Below, one piece after another: positions 57,908 to 64,000 of a stretch of 64,000 nt of DNA; the first letter of the stretch is position 1, and each line of letters starts with the position of its first letter. The stretch is from sequence record PX104380.1; one strand, given 5' to 3'. A program made the translations under genes and the position numbers. The stretch is from a phage. The notes beneath the pieces are model-generated. The model was given only the letters and a program-made list of their open reading frames with translations. It had not been told where the DNA came from and searched no databases.

Positions 57908-59454
57908 GTAACAATACATATCAGCACGTATCAAATGAATCAAAATACGTTAAATTCGATCCTGCAGGATCGAATTTTCCTGACACTGTCACGACAGTGC
58001 AGTCAGCATTATCAAAAATAAGTAATATCGGCGTAAATGGTATTCCTGATGCAACTATGGAAGTTAAAGGAATAGCAATGATTGCATCGGAGCAAGAGGT
58101 TTTAGATGGAACTAATAATTCTAAAATCGTTACACCAGCTACATTAGCAACAAGATTATTGTATCCAAATGCTACTGAAACTAAATATGGATTAACGCGC
58201 TATTCAACAAATGAAGAAACATTAGAAGGCTCAGATAATAATTCATCAATAACGCCGCAAAAACTGAAATACCATACTGACGATGTATTCCAAAATAGGT
58301 ATTCATCTGAATCATCAAATGGAGTTATTAAAATATCATCTACTCCTGCGGCTTTGGCTGGTATAGATGATACTACAGCGATGACTCCGTTGAAAACCCA
58401 AAAACTCGCAATAAAATTAATTTCGCAAATAGCTCCTTCAGAAGACACAGCATCAGAATCTGTTAGAGGTGTAGTTCAGTTATCAACTGTCGCTCAAACT
58501 CGTCAAGGAACTCTCCGCGAAGGATATGCAATTTCTCCGTATACCTTTATGAATTCTGTTGCAACACAAGAATATAAGGGTGTTATACGTTTAGGAACAC
58601 AATCAGAAATTAACAGTAATTTGGGAGATGTTGCAGTAACAGGTGAAACATTAAATGGTCGAGGAGCTACCGGTTCTATGCGTGGGGTAGTAAAATTAAC
58701 GACGCAAGCCGGTATTGCCCCTGAAGGTGATAGCTCTGGAGCATTAGCATGGAACGCAGATGTAATTAATACTCGCGGTGGACAAACTATTAATGGTTCT
58801 TTAAATTTAGATCATTTAACAGCAAATGGAATTTGGTCGCGCGGCGGAATGTGGAAAAATGGCGATCAACCTGTTGCCACTGAAAGATATGCGTCCGAAA
58901 GGGTTCCAGTTGGAACTATTATGATGTTTGCTGGAGATTCAGCTCCTCCTGGTTGGATTATGTGCCACGGCGGAACCGTGTCAGGAGATCAATATCCTGA
59001 TTATAGAAACACGGTTGGAGCAAGATTTGGTGGTGATTGGAATAACCCTGGCATTCCTGATATGCGAGGTCTTTTCGTTAGAGGAGCTGGCACGGGCGGT
59101 CATATTTTAAATCAACGAGGGCAAGATGGTTACGGGAAGGATAGACTTGGTGTAGGATGTGACGGAATGCATGTTGGCGGTGTTCAAGCACAACAGATGT
59201 CATACCATAAACATGCTGGTGGTTGGGGAGAATACCAAAGACATGAAGCTCCATTTGGCGCGTCCGTTTATCAAGGATATCTTGGAACTAGAAAATATGC
59301 CGACTGGGATAATGCTTCATACTTCACTAATGATGGATTTGAATTAGGTGGACCGAGAGATGCCCTTGGTACACTTAATCGTGAAGGATTAATTGGTTAT
59401 GAAACTAGACCATGGAATATATCATTAAACTATATTATTAAAATTCATTACTAA
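57904..59454 (+). CDS. 12: short tail fibre protein gp12 (516 aa)
   Basis: Gene order; about 11 aa shorter than the T4 length I recall. Confidence 0.85.
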   Translation: MSNNTYQHVSNESKYVKFDPAGSNFPDTVTTVQSALSKISNIGVNGIPDATMEVKGIAMIASEQEVLDGTNNSKIVTPATLATRLLYPNATETKYGLTRYSTNEETLEGSDNNSSITPQKLKYHTDDVFQNRYSSESSNGVIKISSTPAALAGIDDTTAMTPLKTQKLAIKLISQIAPSEDTASESVRGVVQLSTVAQTRQGTLREGYAISPYTFMNSVATQEYKGVIRLGTQSEINSNLGDVAVTGETLNGRGATGSMRGVVKLTTQAGIAPEGDSSGALAWNADVINTRGGQTINGSLNLDHLTANGIWSRGGMWKNGDQPVATERYASERVPVGTIMMFAGDSAPPGWIMCHGGTVSGDQYPDYRNTVGARFGGDWNNPGIPDMRGLFVRGAGTGGHILNQRGQDGYGKDRLGVGCDGMHVGGVQAQQMSYHKHAGGWGEYQRHEAPFGASVYQGYLGTRKYADWDNASYFTNDGFELGGPRDALGTLNREGLIGYETRPWNISLNYIIKIHY

Positions 59455-59463
59455 GGATTACAA

Positions 59464-60921
59464 ATGATTGAATTAAAAGATTTACCTTTTGTTGATAGCG
59501 TTCCTGACGAAGGTCAGGAGCGTATTTCATGGATTAAAAATGGTGAAGAAATACTAGGAGCTAGTACTAAGTATGGAAACGATGGATCAATGAATAGACC
59601 AACTGTGTCCGTATTTAAAAATGTTGAGGTTCTTGATGAAAATATAGGAATTCTTAAAACTGCCGTTGAAACATCACAGGAAGATATTAAAACAATTCAA
59701 GGCATTTTGGATGTATCTGGAGATATCGAAGCACTATCACAGATTAGCGTTAATAAAAATGACATATCAAATTTAAAGACGCTTACGAATGAACACACTG
59801 ATATATTAAATGGTACAAATGCCACTGTTGACCGCATTCTTTCTGATATAGGTCCATTTAATGAACATGCAAATTCAGTTTATAGAACAGTTCGAAATGA
59901 TTTGTTATGGATTAAAAGAGAATTAGGGCAATATGCTGGACAAGATATTAATGGTCTTCCTGTTGTAGGAAATAGCAGCACGGGTATGAAGCACCGTATC
60001 ATTAATAATACAGATGCTATAACTTCCCAAGGAATACGTCTAAGTGATTTGGAAGAAAAATTTATTGAATCTGATGTAGGTTCACTGACAATTGAAGTTG
60101 GAAATCTTAGACAAGAACTTGGACAAAGACCATCTTCATTTAGTGAAAGCATATATTCACGTATGCATAATTTAGATCAATCGCAGATTAATCTTAGTTC
60201 CGAAATTAAATCTATCAAAACTTCTATTGGATATCCAGGAAATACTTCAATAATCACAGATGTCAATGTCAATAGTCAAGAAATTTCAGCTTTAAATGAT
60301 GAACTAAATAAAAGTGGCGGCGTTAAACAGCGATTAACTGTTATTGAAACATCGATTGGTTCAGATGATATTCCTTCTAGTATTAAAGGTCAAATTAAAG
60401 ATAATACCACTTCTATTGAATCTTTAAATGGAATTGTAGGTGAAAACACCTCGTCCGGTTTAAGAGCTAACGTTTCATGGCTAAATCAGATAGTTGGAAC
60501 TGATTCTAGCGGAGGTCAACCTTCTCCTCCGGGGTCTCTTTTAAATAGAGTTTCAACAGTTGAAACCTCTGTTAATAGACTTAACAATGATGTTCAAAAC
60601 TTACAGGTTGAAATTGGTAATAACAATTCCGGAATTAAAGGGCAAGTTGTAACATTAAATAAATTAGTAAATGGAACAAATCCGAATGGTTCAACTGTCG
60701 AAGAACGCGGATTGACTAATTCAATAAAAGCTAATGAGACTAACATTTCTTCAATTAATCAAGAGATTCGTAGTATTAAAGGTAATGTGTCCTCATTACA
60801 GAGGGATGTCCAGACTTTACAAGAAGCTGGTTATATTCCTGAAGCTCCAAAAGATGGTCAAGCTTACGTTCGTAAAGACGGCGAATGGGTATTGCTTTCT
60901 ACCTTTTTATCACCAGCATAA
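59464..60921 (+). CDS. wac: fibritin (whisker) Wac, 485 aa
   Basis: Segmented coiled-coil repeats; C-terminal foldon [27 protein letters not shown]. Confidence 0.95.
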   Translation: MIELKDLPFVDSVPDEGQERISWIKNGEEILGASTKYGNDGSMNRPTVSVFKNVEVLDENIGILKTAVETSQEDIKTIQGILDVSGDIEALSQISVNKNDISNLKTLTNEHTDILNGTNATVDRILSDIGPFNEHANSVYRTVRNDLLWIKRELGQYAGQDINGLPVVGNSSTGMKHRIINNTDAITSQGIRLSDLEEKFIESDVGSLTIEVGNLRQELGQRPSSFSESIYSRMHNLDQSQINLSSEIKSIKTSIGYPGNTSIITDVNVNSQEISALNDELNKSGGVKQRLTVIETSIGSDDIPSSIKGQIKDNTTSIESLNGIVGENTSSGLRANVSWLNQIVGTDSSGGQPSPPGSLLNRVSTVETSVNRLNNDVQNLQVEIGNNNSGIKGQVVTLNKLVNGTNPNGSTVEERGLTNSIKANETNISSINQEIRSIKGNVSSLQRDVQTLQEAGYIPEAPKDGQAYVRKDGEWVLLSTFLSPA

Positions 60922-60925
60922 CATG

Positions 60926-60939
60926 GGGCCGCAAGGCCC
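60926..60939 (+). other. G+C hairpin with GNRA loop between wac and gene 13 (possible weak terminator)
   Basis: gggcc-gcaa-ggccc; no clean T-run follows. Confidence 0.35.
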
Positions 60940-60952
60940 TAAAGGATTTTAA

Positions 60953-62654
<1,702 letters not shown>

Positions 62655-62695
62655 TAAATATTATAAACTAATTAAAGCCCAGATTAGGAGAAATC

Positions 62696-64000
<1,305 letters not shown>

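Overview
This window is a T4-like (Tequatrovirus-type) myovirus genome segment. Calls rest on my recognition of T4 protein sequences and motifs in the supplied translations and on reading the DNA directly; no database search was run. Positions 1-45258 are an early/middle region on the minus strand: sliding clamp gp45 (partial), rpbA, recombination nuclease gp46/gp47, alpha-glucosyltransferase, late sigma factor gp55, nrdH/nrdG/nrdD, endonuclease VII, pin, nrdC, a long run of small unknown genes, rI, tk, regB, two internal proteins, lysozyme e, nudE, an 11-tRNA cluster, 57B/57A and genes 1, 3, 2, 4. Positions 45306-64000 are a late region on the plus strand: baseplate, short tail fibre, fibritin and neck genes 53, 5, 5.1, 5.4, 6-12, wac, 13-15, and the 5' part of gene 16. 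The phage is not T4 itself: it carries three extra tRNAs (Tyr, Asn, His), three GIY-YIG-type endonuclease ORFs in positions I do not recall being occupied in T4, an intron-less nrdD, and no recognisable denV. The most interesting candidates are an early operon ending in a Pol-beta-type nucleotidyltransferase, an adjacent AAA+ ATPase, a four-gene tandem paralog family with coiled-coil tails, a GrcA-like glycyl-radical protein and a macro-domain protein. None of these functions can be proven from sequence alone. No CRISPR array, integrase or rRNA was seen.
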